A stretch of DNA of 64,000 bases. It comes from the human T2T-CHM13v2.0 reference genome, Homo sapiens. The notes under the pieces are model-generated. The model made no database searches. It was not told the DNA's origin and saw nothing but the letters and a program-made list of their open reading frames with translations. The position numbers and the translations under genes are program-made. Below, one piece after another: positions 1 to 31,300 of this stretch (positions are counted from its first letter, which is position 1; each line of letters starts with the position of its first letter). The DNA lies in the NCBI RefSeq assembly GCF_009914755.1, contig NC_060925.1. One strand, given 5' to 3'.

Positions 1-4240
<4,240 letters not shown>

Positions 4241-5807
4241 ACACTTCACTGTCTTTATTACTGTAGAATTAAATAAGTGAACCCTTAACATCATCCTTGG
4301 CACATAGCAAGTGCTTAATAAATGTCAGTGATAGCAGCAGCAGGAACATACTCTGTGACTGGTGAAGCCATTTGACTTCTATGAGCCTTAGTTACCTCTT
4401 CTGAAAAGTGGCCATAATAATAAATTATTTTTTCAAGTTGCTTTGCAAACCAAATGAGAATAATGTATGTGAAGATGTTTCATACACTACAGAGAACAAT
4501 ATAAACGCAGAAATCGCTGCTCTTATCAGTTAACTGGTATTACAAGCAGCAGTGTCAAGGTAAGCAACCATCTGAGCAGTCCCCAGGTGAAACAGCAGCT
4601 CTGAGGATGTCCAGGTGTGCGCAGCAAGACCAGGCAGCGGGGCGGCCCCCTATGCTAGTGAAGCTCAGGAAGAGCCCGTGGGAGAAGTGGTATCAGGAAA
4701 GCTTCTTGGAGGGTGAAGCCCGCCCTCTGGTGGATAACCCTTGTTCAAACTCAATCAGACGAGCTTTCCAGAGGTCCTTGGGGAAACCGTTCCTCAATCT
4801 GAGTCTCACATCTCCCCAATCCCATGGTCTTGCTTTCTGCAGATCTTCTGGGGTAGGGTGGGATAATTTTGGAAACAAAATTATTGTGACCTGTGCCTCA
4901 TGGTGCCAAGCTCACCTAAACTCAGAGTCCTTCCGTTAGGGGCAGTCTTTAAACGGTAAGCAATTTACCATAGGTCCCCACAGTGCACCACTAGCCAAGG
5001 CTTGGACTCCCATCTCCCAGTGACCTATCCTTTTTAGATCACTAGGAATGGCAAGCGTGGCCTCTCTAGCTCAACCGACCAGGCTCGAAGGTCTGGAGTG
5101 ACTATTGTCCATCTGCGTGTCCTGCATTAAACTGGAATGGCCTGACCTTTACACCCCACCTCCTTCAATCACCAGATACAGGCTGCCCTAGGAAGGGTGG
5201 GAGCTTGGCTGAGTGGGCTCTCAGCCACTGAGGCAGACCCTGAAGGAGGTGACAGCGGCAGGCCATCTGCTAACTGCACCCCCTACTAGTGGGCAGCAGT
5301 GGACACCATTGAAAGCTGCTGTCTACAAGAACCCGCCCATACACACTGAAGGCGCAGCCCCTTCAGAATTCCTCTGGCCCTCTTCCCAAGAGGGAACTTA
5401 GTGGAGGAACGCCAGTGGGACGAACTACAGCCCCCACCACGGCAGTCCGTCCTGGGGCTGCAGGTGATGGCCCTCATCTCCCTCCTCCTCCATTGGTTCT
5501 AGACTCCCCTCACCCTCAGCTGCCACTTCTGCTGGCCTCAGTGGCTCACGTGGTGGTGGGATCCAGACCTTCATCCCCAAGAAGCCTGAGCCCCTGGTCA
5601 TCACGCCCTTCTCAGGCCAGAGTTGCATGACCTGTCCATTTGCAGTTATAGTGGAACAAAGGAACACCAAGAAGCACCTGAGCAGATCACCCTGGATCCA
5701 CAGGGATCCTTCTTGCCCCCACTGTATAAGAGCAGCCTTATTCCTATTTATAATCAGGGTGAAACACCTGTGCCAATGCCAAGACAGGGGTGCCAAGACC
5801 CTGCTTC

Positions 5808-7833
<2,026 letters not shown>

Positions 7834-8743
7834 GAGACGACTACAGTCCCAGGCAAGAGGGGACGGTGGCATGGACCAGGGCAGAAGGAGTGGAGCAGGA
7901 GAGAGTGCTCTAAATCTGGATGGATTTCAAAGATACAGCCTACAGATGCTGATGTATCAGATGTGGAATGAAAGAGAGAGAGACAGGTCAAAGGTTAGCC
8001 AAAAGGTTAGCCCTGGCCTGAGCAATTGGACAGGTGCTGAGTTAGGGAAGGTTTGAATGAGATGAGGAAGTCAGTGGCAGAACAGGTTTGTGAAAGAGCG
8101 AGGTTTTTCCGTAGTTTTGGACATGGGAATCTTGGGTTTCCAGATACTAGCATTACTTTAAGGCCAACATCTAGTACTTCCTAAATGGTCTGAATTGCCC
8201 CTTCCTTCTTCCTTGGGGGAAGTTTTACAGTACGTACATGTGGCAGTGCTGTGAGGTCCTTCTTTAAGGGACCTGGCCTCCTGTTCAATCAGAGCTTCAG
8301 GTCTGTGGACTGGCTGAGATCTGGAAATCAGCTGAGAGGCTGAGATGCTCCTTCATGACAATTCAAGTCAGGCCTCTGGCCATGACATGGAGGCTTTTCT
8401 GTTTTATAACTCAATAACATTTAACACACTGCTCATCCACTTCATTCCTAGGGACACTCCAGTCAAAGATCCCTGCAAGTCACAGGGTTCTGGTTGTCAC
8501 TCCATCCCACTGCATGTTACAGTGAAGGCCCCTTGACTCTGGCAGTTCAGCTCTGCCACTTGGCTTCTGCCCCTCTGGGACCCCATCACCCCCAATGAGA
8601 TCAGAGAGCCCATCTCAGTGGTGGCCTCTTCCAATATGCCCAAGAACAAAGGACATCCACCATAAAATTTGTCAAGGATGCAGATGTTACTGTCAATAAT
8701 GCTTTCTCAACTCCTAGGTGAAGAGCGTATCCTCTGGGCCCTC

Positions 8744-8930
8744 TCAGGGAATCCACAGAGGGATTGGGGTACATGCACTCAGAGGGATCAGGGAATCCAC
8801 AGAGGGATCAGGGAATGCACTCAGAGGGGTCGGGGAATCCACAGAAGGATCGGGGAATGCACTCAGAGGGATCAGGGAATCCACAGAGGGATCGGTGTAT
8901 AGGCACTCAGAGGGATTGGGGTATATGCAC

Positions 8931-8931
<1 letters not shown>
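8744..8931. repeat. Minisatellite of alternating 20/22-nt units (42-bp dimer)
   Basis: CAGAGGGATCAGGGAATCCA and CAGAGGGATCAGGGAATGCACT alternate, about 4.5 dimers in total. Confidence 0.9.
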
Positions 8932-10700
<1,769 letters not shown>

Positions 10701-11201
10701 TAAATAAATAAACAAAAATGAAAATAAAGGACCCCATATATCAAAAGCATCCAGAAAGGAACTTATTAAAAATCCCCTGGGACTCTGTCACGCAGGACCC
10801 AGTGCTCAGTGCCGCACAGTGGAAGCTGTAGCTCTCGACATCTGCTCTCACACCTAATTCCATTCAATCCAGAGAAACACATGCTTAACAACAAACAACC
10901 AAACACCATGCTTCTCCACATGTCTTGCCCTGTGTCCTTGAAGCAGAAGCCTACTGCATCCGAATGCCAGGAAAGTTAGTGTGTGGTGCTGCTGCTATTG
11001 TTGCAGAAAGAGCTGTTTGGAAGGTGGGAAAGACTCAGTGGTGGAAGCACTCAGGTAAGAGAAAAGACATCAATTAACTCATCAAATCCGTCCTCTCTGA
11101 GAGCAGGAGTGCTGTAGATTCTTGCATAAGAAAGTGTTGTTTCCCAGCAGTGCTGTGTCCATTTTCTCGATTCACCTCGTGTTCCAACTTGTAGCACAGC
11201 C

Positions 11202-11944
<743 letters not shown>

Positions 11945-12235
11945 CATTTTCAAAAGAAGCATAGAATGGCTGAGGAACATTCTGCAACATGAAACAATTC
12001 ATTTTACTCGTAAATTTGTAAGTGAAGGCTAGGCATAATATGCATGAAGCATGGTGCCAATTCCTTACTATTAATTCATGAATCTAGGTTTGCTTTATGA
12101 GATGTGAAAATTATGATGTAAGAGATAGGCGTGTATGTGATGACATTGACATATCTTGTAATGTGTCCTGTGTTCACCATCATTTATCATATGTACTCCA
12201 TTTCAACATTTAAACCTGTTATGTAACATTCATAG

Positions 12236-14270
<2,035 letters not shown>

Positions 14271-16473
14271 TTAATGGCATCTTCCTTCCCATTCTCCCCC
14301 TGCCCCCTCCTCCGTGAGTCTTGGGCGGTGGGTGTGGGGCCTGGCTCTGCCCAGAGGCCACACCCCTCAGAGGGAGCGCAGGCACTGGGGCCAGGCTATT
14401 GTTGTGGCTGAGATTCTTTCCGAAACGGAAAGCCCTGAATTAGAGGACGGCTGCTCTAATCTCTGTGGGGGGCTTCTCCTGTGGCCTTGGGGCCTGGCAG
14501 ATGCGCCTACCCTCTCCCCAACTCTTGTTTCAAGAAACCCCAGTCCCCTCCCTGAGCCCTTCCCTTCCCCGAGCTCCCATCTTTTCTCTAAGTCCCCTCG
14601 AGCCCCTTCTCTCAGTCTGAGCCTACCCATCTATTCACAAACCCCATCACTTCTCTGCACCCCATCTTCTCTCTTATGCCCTCCCACCTTCTCTCCCGCT
14701 CCTCCCTCTCTCACTCTCCGCGACCCTTCCCTGGCCTCTTGCCCTCACTGAGACCTGGCGCCTGCAGTGCTCTCGGCCCAACACTCTCTCTGTCTCCCCC
14801 AAACCCAGTCAAAAATCCCTTCCCAGTAGGGCTCAGATACCCCTCCTCTTTGAAGCTTCCCACCCCACCCCGGGCAGAAGAGGTCACCATCCCCTCTGCT
14901 GTGTTCATCTTGGTTGCAGTAGCACTGGTCTCTCACCAGTCGTGGTGAAGCTTCCTGCCTCTGCCACCAACTGAGAGCAAAACCACGTTGGATCCATCTG
15001 CAGACCCCATGGCACAGTGCAGGTGTTCTCGGTGATTTGCTGCCGGCAGCTGTGAGCAAGACTGGGATTAGGAAAAGAGATGCGGGCCAGAAGTGCAGCA
15101 AGGAGTTGGTAAAGGGCGAAAGCTGAAGTCAGATTCATCTAACTTGCACCTTGCGGATTGCAGGCCCCACATTCCAGAGCACCTTGCGGTTGGTTGCAGG
15201 CTCCACTTCCCTGCATCTCCAAGCCACACAGGAGCTGGGTCTCACCATTCCCGCCTGACACAGAAGGAAACTCAGAGAGGTTAAGTTCTTGCTCAAGCCC
15301 ACACAGCCAGCGAGAGGTAGACTAGGGCTGGAATCAAAGGTAGGGCTGAGGTGTGGGGGCTGTAGCCAGCTAGTGAAGGGGGTGACACACGTTTCCTCCG
15401 TGACAATGTGGGCATGGGATGTGAGACTGGATCTGAAGGCCTCCCTGACCTGGCTGGTTATTCCCGACACTGACCAGAGCTGCTCCCCCATCCTTCCACC
15501 ACCCTCTCCTGGAAGGAGACGTTCTGACTCAGGCCCATTCCCGATCTCCATCCCCAAGGTGATCTGGGAATGAGGCCGGAAGTAGGAAGGAAACACCCCA
15601 AGACTCGCTTCCCCCTTGCCTGAGGTCCTGGCTCTAGGGCCGGAAAGAGCTACTTTAAGGTAGTCCCAGGGGACCCACAACCAGAAACAGGGACGGTCCG
15701 GTTCATGGCGAGGGTGGCTGGGAGCCGAGGCCAGATAGATGCAGCCCACCTCATCTTCTCATCCGCCCCCACCTCCCCTCTCCTCTGCTGACTTTTTCAG
15801 GGCCCCCTTACCCAGAAAGCCGATCCAATTTGACCTCTCCTCCCTGACCCTGCGCTGCCCACAGGGTGGAAGGTCTGTGCCTGTCTCCCAGGATTCTGTC
15901 CATTGGCATCAGGGTAGGGGTCTGTTGCCCTCACACTGACAGCTCCTGAGAGCAAGGCTGCTTAGCCCTCCCCCAGCCCCCACCAGAGATCCCTGAGGGC
16001 AGAGCTGTGCCACTTCTGTCTCACTGGGGGCTCCCAGAGCTGGGGCTGTCTCCCCTCCCTGACAAAACCCTCCCGAGCAGAGGTGGGGGCACTTCCGACT
16101 GAGGGCTTTGGCGTGGAGGACTGAGTCACCCTTGTCAGACCAGAGCTGCCCCAGGGTGTCACCTGCGTTGCACCCTGAGTCCCCTCTTTCTGTAGTCCAG
16201 CATCTGTCCTCGATCCCTAGAAGGGAGCTGTGAAGGGGCCCCTACCGGTCCTACCACCCAACCTGGATGCTCCTTTAAGACCAAAGGGATGGGGGTTGCA
16301 GAGTCAGACACAACAGCCCCATCCTCCCCCCAGGCGGCGGGCCAGGTTTCCTGCCATTGACAGCATCCCAGCTGGCCCTGCCCACCTCCCATGCTTAACC
16401 CCTTCCTGACCAGATCTCAGAGCCAAGCTGGCACCCTCAGCCTTCACCTAGAAAGTTAGGAGAATGAAAGTGA

Positions 16474-17153
<680 letters not shown>

Positions 17154-18479
17154 TCATTTCTCCTCTCTGAGCCTCAGTCTCTTCAGCCGTAAGTGTGAAA
17201 AATAATAAAACCTCCCCCAAAGATTGTCATGGGGATTATGACAAAGCAGCTAATGGCATTTTGAAAAGTGCTGTAGCAACAAAATATGGAACTATCACCA
17301 ACAAAATCCCCCCTTTAGGTAATAAAAACCTTTTACCGGGAGATGGGCCTTGGGTTTTCAGACCCACTACTGACTTGACAGGCAGAGGATGCAGTTCCAA
17401 ATGTGGATTTGGAGCTGGGCTTTGGGCATCTCTCTCCCCCCTCAGCTCCTGTTTCCTTACTCATTAAGTGGGGGGTCATTCCTGCTGGACGCCTGTCTAG
17501 GGTCCTTGTTTGGGGGCGGTCAAAGGAGATCAGAGAGCACAGACGGGAATGTGCTTTGCAAACATGAAAGAGGGCTAGAAAGGAGGAGGAGGGACTTGGG
17601 GAAGGTGGCCAGCCAAGGGGGGAAAGGAACCTTTGGCCTGAGCACTGGTCTTAGTCTGGGCTGGAGAGTTTAGTTTGCCTGCTGGGGAGAGGGGAGGTGT
17701 CTCCTATGAGGTAGGGTTTCACCTTGAGACATAAGGTGTCAGAGAAGAAACTCTGATGGAAGAAGCTCTAAGAGGCTCCAAGTGTGGGCAGAGAAGGAAG
17801 CGGGCCAAAGGACCTGGGCTTGGCCCTGGAATCAGCCCCTCATCACTGTCTTCCCAGGCAATCCCATCTGCCATGAAAGGACCTTGGCAGAGGCAGCTCC
17901 AGTGGGCTCCAGGGTCACCTTCATGACAAGACTTGCCGCCACAGGCTCACCTGCACATCTATAGCACCAATGCCCCCACCCTTAGGCTGCAGATTCCTGG
18001 TCTCGCCCCCAGGGAAAGCAGGCTTGACACCACCCAGCACCCAGACCAAGACAGGTCTCAGCCTGCTACAGAGGGAAAAAAGCAAGTTGACTAGAACCCT
18101 GTTCTGCCTTCCCATTCAGACTGTCAGAGCATCTGCCACAGCCCAGGGAGGGGGCTGATCCCACATACGGAGCCCCCACCCCAGGCCTTTGGAGGAAGCC
18201 TGGGGATCAGGAGGCCTTGTTTGGAGTCCTGGCTCTGCCCAAGCTCACAGTGCTTCCACAGCCAATCACCTAACCGGGCTGGGACTGTTTGACCATCTGT
18301 AAAATAAAAGGAGCTGGACTTGGTTCACAGGTCTCCACAGCGCAGGACTGTGATCAGGAAAGAGTTAATGGAGGCCAGGATCTGCCTCAGGAAGGCGAGG
18401 GTTAATTTGGGGGGCGGGGGGTGGAGGCTTTCTCTGCTTTTCCTGTGGAGAGTGAGGTTTGGCTGCCACCAAAGTTACT

Positions 18480-18556
18480 TCTAGTCCTTGCTGTCCACTC
18501 CTGCCCTCAGTCTGGACCTGCCCAAGGACCCCTGCAATTAGGCCTCCCATGCAGAG
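18480..18556 (+). other. FAM110D: Probable 5' non-coding exon 1 of FAM110D (5' boundary approximate)
   Basis: Consensus donor CAGAG|GTGAGT at 18557, in unique GC-rich sequence ~2 kb upstream of the acceptor at 20641. Confidence 0.6.
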
Positions 18557-19512
18557 GTGAGTGTACCCTGAGCCCAGGGCTGGGGTAAGAAGGAACCCAG
18601 GGGCCTGAGGGCAGGGAGACTGGTGCCAAACTAGTGAGCCTAAAAGATGGCCCATGCCCAGAGCAGAAGCCTTGGGCAGAGTTGAGACCACAAGTTTCAG
18701 GACTGGGAGAAGGCAGGCAAAGGAATGGAGGGCCCGAGGCTGCCTGCCAGGCTTCTAGGGCGGGATGTCTGAGGTCCGGCCTCCAGGCTAGCCCAGAAGG
18801 CAGGGAAGAGGCTGTGGATGACAGACTATTTTGGTCCTTGTGATTAGGAACTTTTTATAGTCTCCCTGCTCAGGGCTGGGGAGAAGAGGAGAGGACAGAG
18901 GGCACCCATGGGGTCAGACAAGCAGTGCCTTCCTGGGACCTTGGAATCTGACCCACTGCCAAGGAGACTCCCTGGGAGACAGGGAGGGGGACACTGCCAG
19001 ACTCTCCTTGGTTCCCAGGCCTCAACTACCTATGAGCAGACTGACTACACACTAGATGCTGGGTGCAGGGGTGGGCTGGACCTGGCAGGGTCTCTGCCCC
19101 AAGGCCTCTCACAGACTCCTTCCCCACTTCCCTGGCTAATTCTGTTCCTTTGTTGTCCCCAGATCCAAGGTCCCTCAGCCTCCAGGACTCAGGGGGAGTA
19201 GGGGAAGATAGGGGTGGGGTCGGGTGTGCAGGGCCATGTGGGTGGCCCATTCTGTTACTGCCAAGAGAACTGTCAGCTCTTGATTTACAACCCCTCCTCG
19301 CTCCTTGCCCCAGCAGAAGGGAGGTGGAAAAGGGTCATGAGGTCTTAGGATAAAAAAGGGACAAGGACCCTGGGGGCAAATTTCTGGGAGTGGGAGCGCA
19401 GGTTATTAGGAAGAATTAGTGGAAGGAACTTTTTAGTGAGGCAAGGGGCCCATTTCTAACGGAAATTGCTTGGTTTTATAGCAGCGGGAATACACGCAAA
19501 ATATCAGTGAGT

Positions 19513-19935
19513 TCTTTTTTTTTTTCTTTTTTTTTTTTTGAGACGGAGTCTCGCTCTGTTGCCCAGGCTGGAGTGCAGTGGTGCGCGATCTCGGCTCACT
19601 GCAACCTCCGCCTCCCAGCTTCAAGCGATTCTCCTGCCTCAGCTTCCCAAGTAGCTGGGATTACAGGTGTGCGCCACCCCGCCTGGCTAATTTTTGTATT
19701 TTCAGTAGAGATGGGGTTTTGCCATGTTGGCCAGGCTGGTCTGGAACTCCTCACCTAAGGTAATTCACCCACCTCGGCCTCCCAAAGTGCTGGGATTACA
19801 GGCATGAGCCATCGCGCCTGGCCTCAGTGGGAAGTTCTGATAGGCAAGTGAGAGATCCAATCTGAACTGCAAGGCAAGAAACCTGGGTGACAAAGCAAGA
19901 CTCCGTCTAAAGAAAAAAAAAAAAGAAACCTGGGT
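19513..19935. mobile_element. Alu 19513-19823(-) and an ultra-short 3' Alu fragment 19889-19922(+)
   Basis: Alu consensus; the short fragment is flanked by an AAGAAACCTGGGT duplication. Confidence 0.85.
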
Positions 19936-20649
19936 TCCAGTCCTGGCTCCTAACTCTCAATAGGACCTGAGCAAGCCCCCCTCCTCTCCAAGCCAGTTTC
20001 CTCTTCATGAAATGGAAATGCAAAGGTTAAACAAGGTGATGTTTACAGTTTGGCATTCTGCGATCCCCTTGGCAGGGGCAGAGTAGCTGGCAGTAGCTGA
20101 TAGGGCCTGGGGACCACCTCCCTCTCCTGCCCCGATGGCCCTGCTGGGCCTGGGCAGGGCAGTTGGCTGCAATTACTGGAGGCTCCTACCCTGTGGTTAT
20201 ATCCCCGACCTCGGTGTTTGGGGGCGGGAAGGGTGGGCCCTGCTGGAGCCAGCCTGTGGCTGGGAGCCTTCTTGTCTTGGGCTCAAAGCTGCTGGGTTGG
20301 GAAGAGGTATTTTTTCCGGTTGAAGCCACTTTCAGGAATTGGGCCGGGACCAGCCCTGTTTCCTTTTCCAAGTGTCCTGCTTGCTAAGGCCTGCTTGCAC
20401 GACCCTGTGGCCAGATTGGGGCACCTTCAAAGGGGAATATGTTTCTGAGTGGCCAGAGAGACCCCACTCAATGTCTCTGAAGGACAGGGAAAGGGGATGG
20501 CCTGAGCCTCTGCTCCCTGGATGTGGCACCGGCTAACCTGGATGGGAGAGGGTGGCTGACTGATCCTATACTGAGGAATGCCGGCAGGAGAGGACCAGGG
20601 GCATTTCCTACCCTTCCCCTGACCTTCCTCTCTCCCTGCAGGTCAGTGA

Positions 20650-21537
<888 letters not shown>

Positions 21538-21796
21538 CCGCCGCGGCTCCGGACTGGCCCCGGGACTGGCCCCGGGCACGGAAAAGGACACCCCTCTTCT
21601 GGCGCGCTGGGTGCCTTTGCGTAAGCCCTTCCTTCTGGAACTCAGTTTCGCGTCTGAACCTTGGGGAGGTGGAACAAGTTGCTGCCGAAGGCCCTTCCCT
21701 GCTCCCGCGGCGAAGGGGGAGGGAGAGGCCTCTTGGTCCCTGTGGAGACCCGGTCTGGGGAGTCACGATTGGGGTGGGAGATGAGCAAACCTGCTG

Positions 21797-21802
21797 AATA
21801 AA
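21797..21802 (+). terminator. Polyadenylation signal of FAM110D
   Basis: AATAAA 260 nt after the stop; a second AATAAA at 22032-22037. Confidence 0.7.
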
Positions 21803-22289
21803 GTTAAAACGTTATTTAAATGGGGAGCTGAGGAAGGAGCAAACGGGTTTTCGCGGTTAAACCCGTGGGTTTTGGAATGTGTGTTCCCGGCTGTGTGATC
21901 CTGGGCAAGAACTTGACCTCCCTGGACGCAGCGGCACCCCTCGGTTATTAAGGAGGGAGGAGTAGGGGATAGAAGTATTTCAAAATAGTTGTAATGCGCA
22001 TGGCAAAGTGCCCAGCATATAGAAAGTGCTCAATAAACGATAACTGCTGTGACTTCTACCGAATGAGTACTAACACTGTTGTGATCTCCACTGGCCTCCA
22101 GGTCGATCCAAACTAGAGCTGGGAGCTGGGAATAATGCGCTTTGGGAGCCCGAGGAGGCGTCTGCTCCAGAAATCTGGGCTCCACCAGATCCTAAAAGGC
22201 CCCATTCCCGGAGTTTTGCTGCCCCAGTTGTGGTCACTGGGTATGAAGGGCTGAGATCCAACCTTTCGGACACAAAAAGAAGGGAACCG

Positions 22290-23074
<785 letters not shown>

Positions 23075-23591
23075 CCCTTCTTCCTTCTCGGAGATAACGT
23101 ATATTCTCCTCCAGGAAGCCGTCCTGAATGCCCCCAGTCAGCCTCACCTGCTCTGAGCTCCCAAGTACAGTCCTATTTTTGGGCCTCAATTTGTCACCTT
23201 TTGTGGGACCCGCTGGTACTCTGGGTTCTCTAGTTAATCTTTGACCTTTTTCCTAGTACAGGGACGGCGCACATAGTAGGGCCACAGGCACAGTTTGTTG
23301 AATTAAATGAGGCTGGAGAGGGCGATGGACGCAGTCCTCTGGAGCTCTCCAACTTCCTGGAAAGTTGTACCTTAAATAAAAAACCCATCCTGATATGCGG
23401 GCTGACTCTGGTCATTTTCGCCTTGTATGTTTGATGAGGTGAGGACCCCTCCAGCTGGACCCCGCCCGAGGTCGACCCCCGCAAAAGCAGTCTTTCTGGA
23501 TGTCTGGACAAAAGCACGCGGTCACACAGGCTGTCGGGCCAGGGTTTTTTATCAGGGGTGGGAGCAGCGGGCGCGGGGTTCTGCCAGCCTG

Positions 23592-27978
<4,387 letters not shown>

Positions 27979-28963
27979 TCAGTGGATACCAGTGAGTCTG
28001 GCTCTAGGAACTTGGTGAGGCCAAGAGCCTGTCCGAGGGATCCAGTGACTTCATTAAAGATGCACCAGCCTCCCCAGCTGGCACAGTGCCCAGGAGGTGA
28101 ACCTGATCCAAAGGAGTCGGGGAGTGGGGGATGGAACAAGCTTCTGCCACCTTAGCCCCTTGTCTTGACCCATATTGGCCAAGAATAATGAAGTCATTTG
28201 TCTCTAGAGAGGCTTTCTTCCTGGGCCTAGGAGTACTTGAGTTGTTCATCTCTTAGCATGCCTCCAGGAAAATCTTCTTCCATTCACAAAATCCTGAGGT
28301 CTGGGACCCACACTGGAGCCCCTGTGACTGTAGTCATACTAGTTGTGTCCTCAGCAGGGCTCCACCCTGTGTCCCTACTTAGCCTCAATGAACTGGAGCA
28401 GGAAGGTCCGCAGGCCCCCAGTGGGCACCTTGGGCTTACATTTCACTCCTTTGTCTGGGCTGGAAACTGATTCCTCTCCCCAGGGATACACGTGCCTGTC
28501 TCCTTGTTTCCTGGCAACAGACTCCAAAGAGCTGGAGCCCCTGAATTATTGCTAAGCTCCTCTGGCCCCTTCCAGCTGAGTTGGCTCTGGCCAGCCTGGG
28601 AGGCACCAGGCTCCTGTGAATGGGGAAAGGCCCTCTAGCCACTCTGAGCATGCAACACCTAGGCCTTTGCTGCCAGCCCACCTCTGGGAGCCCAGGGCTT
28701 AGAGAAAGGAGGCAAAGATGGAGAGGTCCTTCTATGAGTACTTGTGAGAGGAACTGATCCCTCTGGAGTCTGGATGCCTGAGGACTGCACTCTCTGGGGA
28801 GGAACACCCTTCACGGATTTGGTTGGGGTCAGAGAGAGGATGGAGACTCAAGGGAATAACGGGAGCCCGGAGAAGTGAGGGCTTTTTCAGGGACTGGAGA
28901 TTATCTCGGGAAGCCCTGGTGGGGCTGGGATTCCAAACTTATTCACTCTCAGTCATTTACTAA

Positions 28964-28969
28964 TTTATT
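28964..28969 (-). terminator. Probable polyadenylation signal of ZNF593OS
   Basis: TTTATT on + (AATAAA on -); the first canonical signal I found downstream of the ZNF593OS stop. Confidence 0.55.
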
Positions 28970-29129
28970 CATGACACAGACATTTATCAGTGCTTTCCAG
29001 AGATAAAGCATCCCACCCCCACCGCGGAGTCCAAGGTCTGGGAAACAGGAAGGGATGACAGGAGTACAGGTTGGCACTGATACTGGTTGGACCAGGCCAG
29101 GAAGAGCAGGGCAGCAAGACGGCCCCGAA

Positions 29130-29414
29130 ACCCCCAGGCGCACGCACCACCCCGCGCCTCCCCAGCGAGGGCCCGCGGGGCCATGCCCTTCAGTGGGCAC
29201 ACTTCTGGGAGCCCGTCCTGAGCTCGGTCACTGACGTCGACGGCCGCCTGGCGGCGCTCGAGCCGCTGGCCGAGAGTGACGTCATCAGAGGCGGTCCGGC
29301 CGAGCCTGCTTAGCCCCCCGGCGTGGCCTGACGTAGCTGATCGGCCCGGAAGTGCTCACACGTGTGCTCCCTGCCCTGCTCCTGGCCCCTTGGCCGGCCG
29401 GGCTGTTTCTGGCC
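29130..29414 (+). promoter_or_regulatory. ZNF593 CpG-island promoter
   Basis: CpG-dense. Perfect CRE TGACGTCA at 29277-29284, further TGACGT at 29232 and 29329, ETS CCGGAAGTG at 29346-29354, E-box CACGTG at 29359-29364. Confidence 0.8.
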
Positions 29415-30147
29415 ATGGGTCGCTCCCGCCGGACAGGCGCGCACCGAGCGCACTCTCTAGCCCGGCAGATGAAGGCGAAGCGGCGGCGGCCGGACTTGGA
29501 TGAGATTCACCGCGAGCTGCGGCCTCAGGGATCCGCACGACCCCAGCCCGACCCAAACGCCGAGTTCGACCCCGACCTGCCAGGGGGCGGTCTGCACCGC
29601 TGTCTGGCCTGCGCGTGAGTCCCGGACGAGCCCGGCCTGGGGCGGAGGAGGGTCCGCGGTACCGGCCGGGAGATGTGAAGTTGAAGCCCCAGGCAGCGCA
29701 GAGTCTTCTCTCTTGGGACCCGTGGGTCCGCCCGCCTCCCGTTTCTCAGACCCGGATCCTGGCGTCAGGGACAAGCTAGGGCTAGGGAGATAGGTGCACT
29801 TGGGAGACTATCACCTCCTCACTCTCCTTCTCACTTCCATTCCTACAGGAGGTACTTCATCGATTCCACCAACCTGAAGACCCACTTCCGATCCAAAGAC
29901 CACAAGAAAAGGTATGAAGGAGTAAGGAGAGGATTGATGGATGGGTGCTCAGCAGATAGGGCTCTCACCTGGTCAGCTCCCAACTCCTGTTTTTCTTTCT
30001 CCCAGGCTGAAGCAGCTGAGCGTCGAGCCCTACAGTCAGGAAGAGGCGGAGAGGGCAGCGGGTATGGGATCCTATGTGCCCCCCAGGCGGCTGGCAGTGC
30101 CCACGGAAGTGTCCACTGAGGTCCCTGAGATGGATACCTCTACCTGA
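29415..30147 (+). CDS. ZNF593: Zinc finger protein 593 (Bud20 orthologue, pre-60S factor), 134 aa; exons 29415-29614, 29849-29911, 30006-30147
   Basis: 200+63+142=405 nt. Sequence [13 protein letters not shown]...DLDEIH...[56 protein letters not shown] contains a C2H2 finger. AATAAA at 30281-30286. Confidence 0.96.
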
Positions 30148-30280
30148 CATGGCCTGAAGATGCAGGGCAGAGGAATTGCCCATGGACAGTGACGCAAGGA
30201 CTAGGCTGGGAGGGAGCGTGCCAACCCCTTTTGCCTCTGGGTTTGGGGAGCGGAGGGCCTCTTCTTGGTGCCCTGCCCCA

Positions 30281-30286
30281 AATAAA
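30281..30286 (+). terminator. Polyadenylation signal of ZNF593
   Basis: AATAAA 134 nt after the stop. Confidence 0.8.
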
Positions 30287-30619
30287 GGAACTGGACAAAG
30301 AGAACTTGCCTCCAACTCTAACTTCCAGGCCGCTGTCTCAAACTCCTGCCCTGGAAGGGCTTCTCTACTACTTTCTGTACACCAGGCCTAGGGTGTCTAC
30401 TCCCCACTTGGTCTATCTCTGCCTTCCCTCTGAGGTCCTAGCATCTGAACTGGAGCACCCAGATGGAGGCCTGATGCAGTGTGGGGTGGCGGGAGTGGGA
30501 TCAGATTACTCTGTCCTGCTTCTGACAGAGACTGATCCCCAGAAAAGAAGGCTTCTGAGATTGCACCCCCCTCCCGAGTCACCTACCCCCAGCATCCAAG
30601 TGAGAGTCTCTCTTCTTCG

Positions 30620-31092
<473 letters not shown>

Positions 31093-31259
31093 GGTGGGCG
31101 GCACTGGTCTCCCTGGCGGCCTGTAGGGTGGGAGCGGACGTGAAGACCAGTGGTCTTCATGACACCAAGAAGTGGAAACTAGGGTAGAGGGGTCTCTGAC
31201 CTTCCACATACGCAAGACCCAAGCTCTCAGAGGATGCTCACCCGCGCCTGCCTGCCCAG

Positions 31260-31300
31260 GTCTGGCAGGGGGCGGAGCAACTGGACCTTTAAATCTGGTC
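31260..31300 (-). promoter_or_regulatory. Putative ZNF593OS core promoter
   Basis: TATA-like TTTAAA at 31288-31293 and a GC box at ~31268-31279, upstream of the inferred leader exon. Confidence 0.45.

Noticed and set aside
5000-5800. Possible old ERVL-type LTR fragments
   Set aside because: The resemblance is too weak to assign a family or boundaries without RepeatMasker.
14314-15749. ORFs of 145 and 204 aa in unique sequence
   Set aside because: Low-complexity Pro/Ser/Gly composition with no exon chain or domain; more likely regulatory or intergenic DNA.
21551-21576. 12-bp tandem duplication GGACTGGCCCCG in the FAM110D 3'UTR
   Set aside because: A simple two-copy slippage event with no supporting evidence of function.
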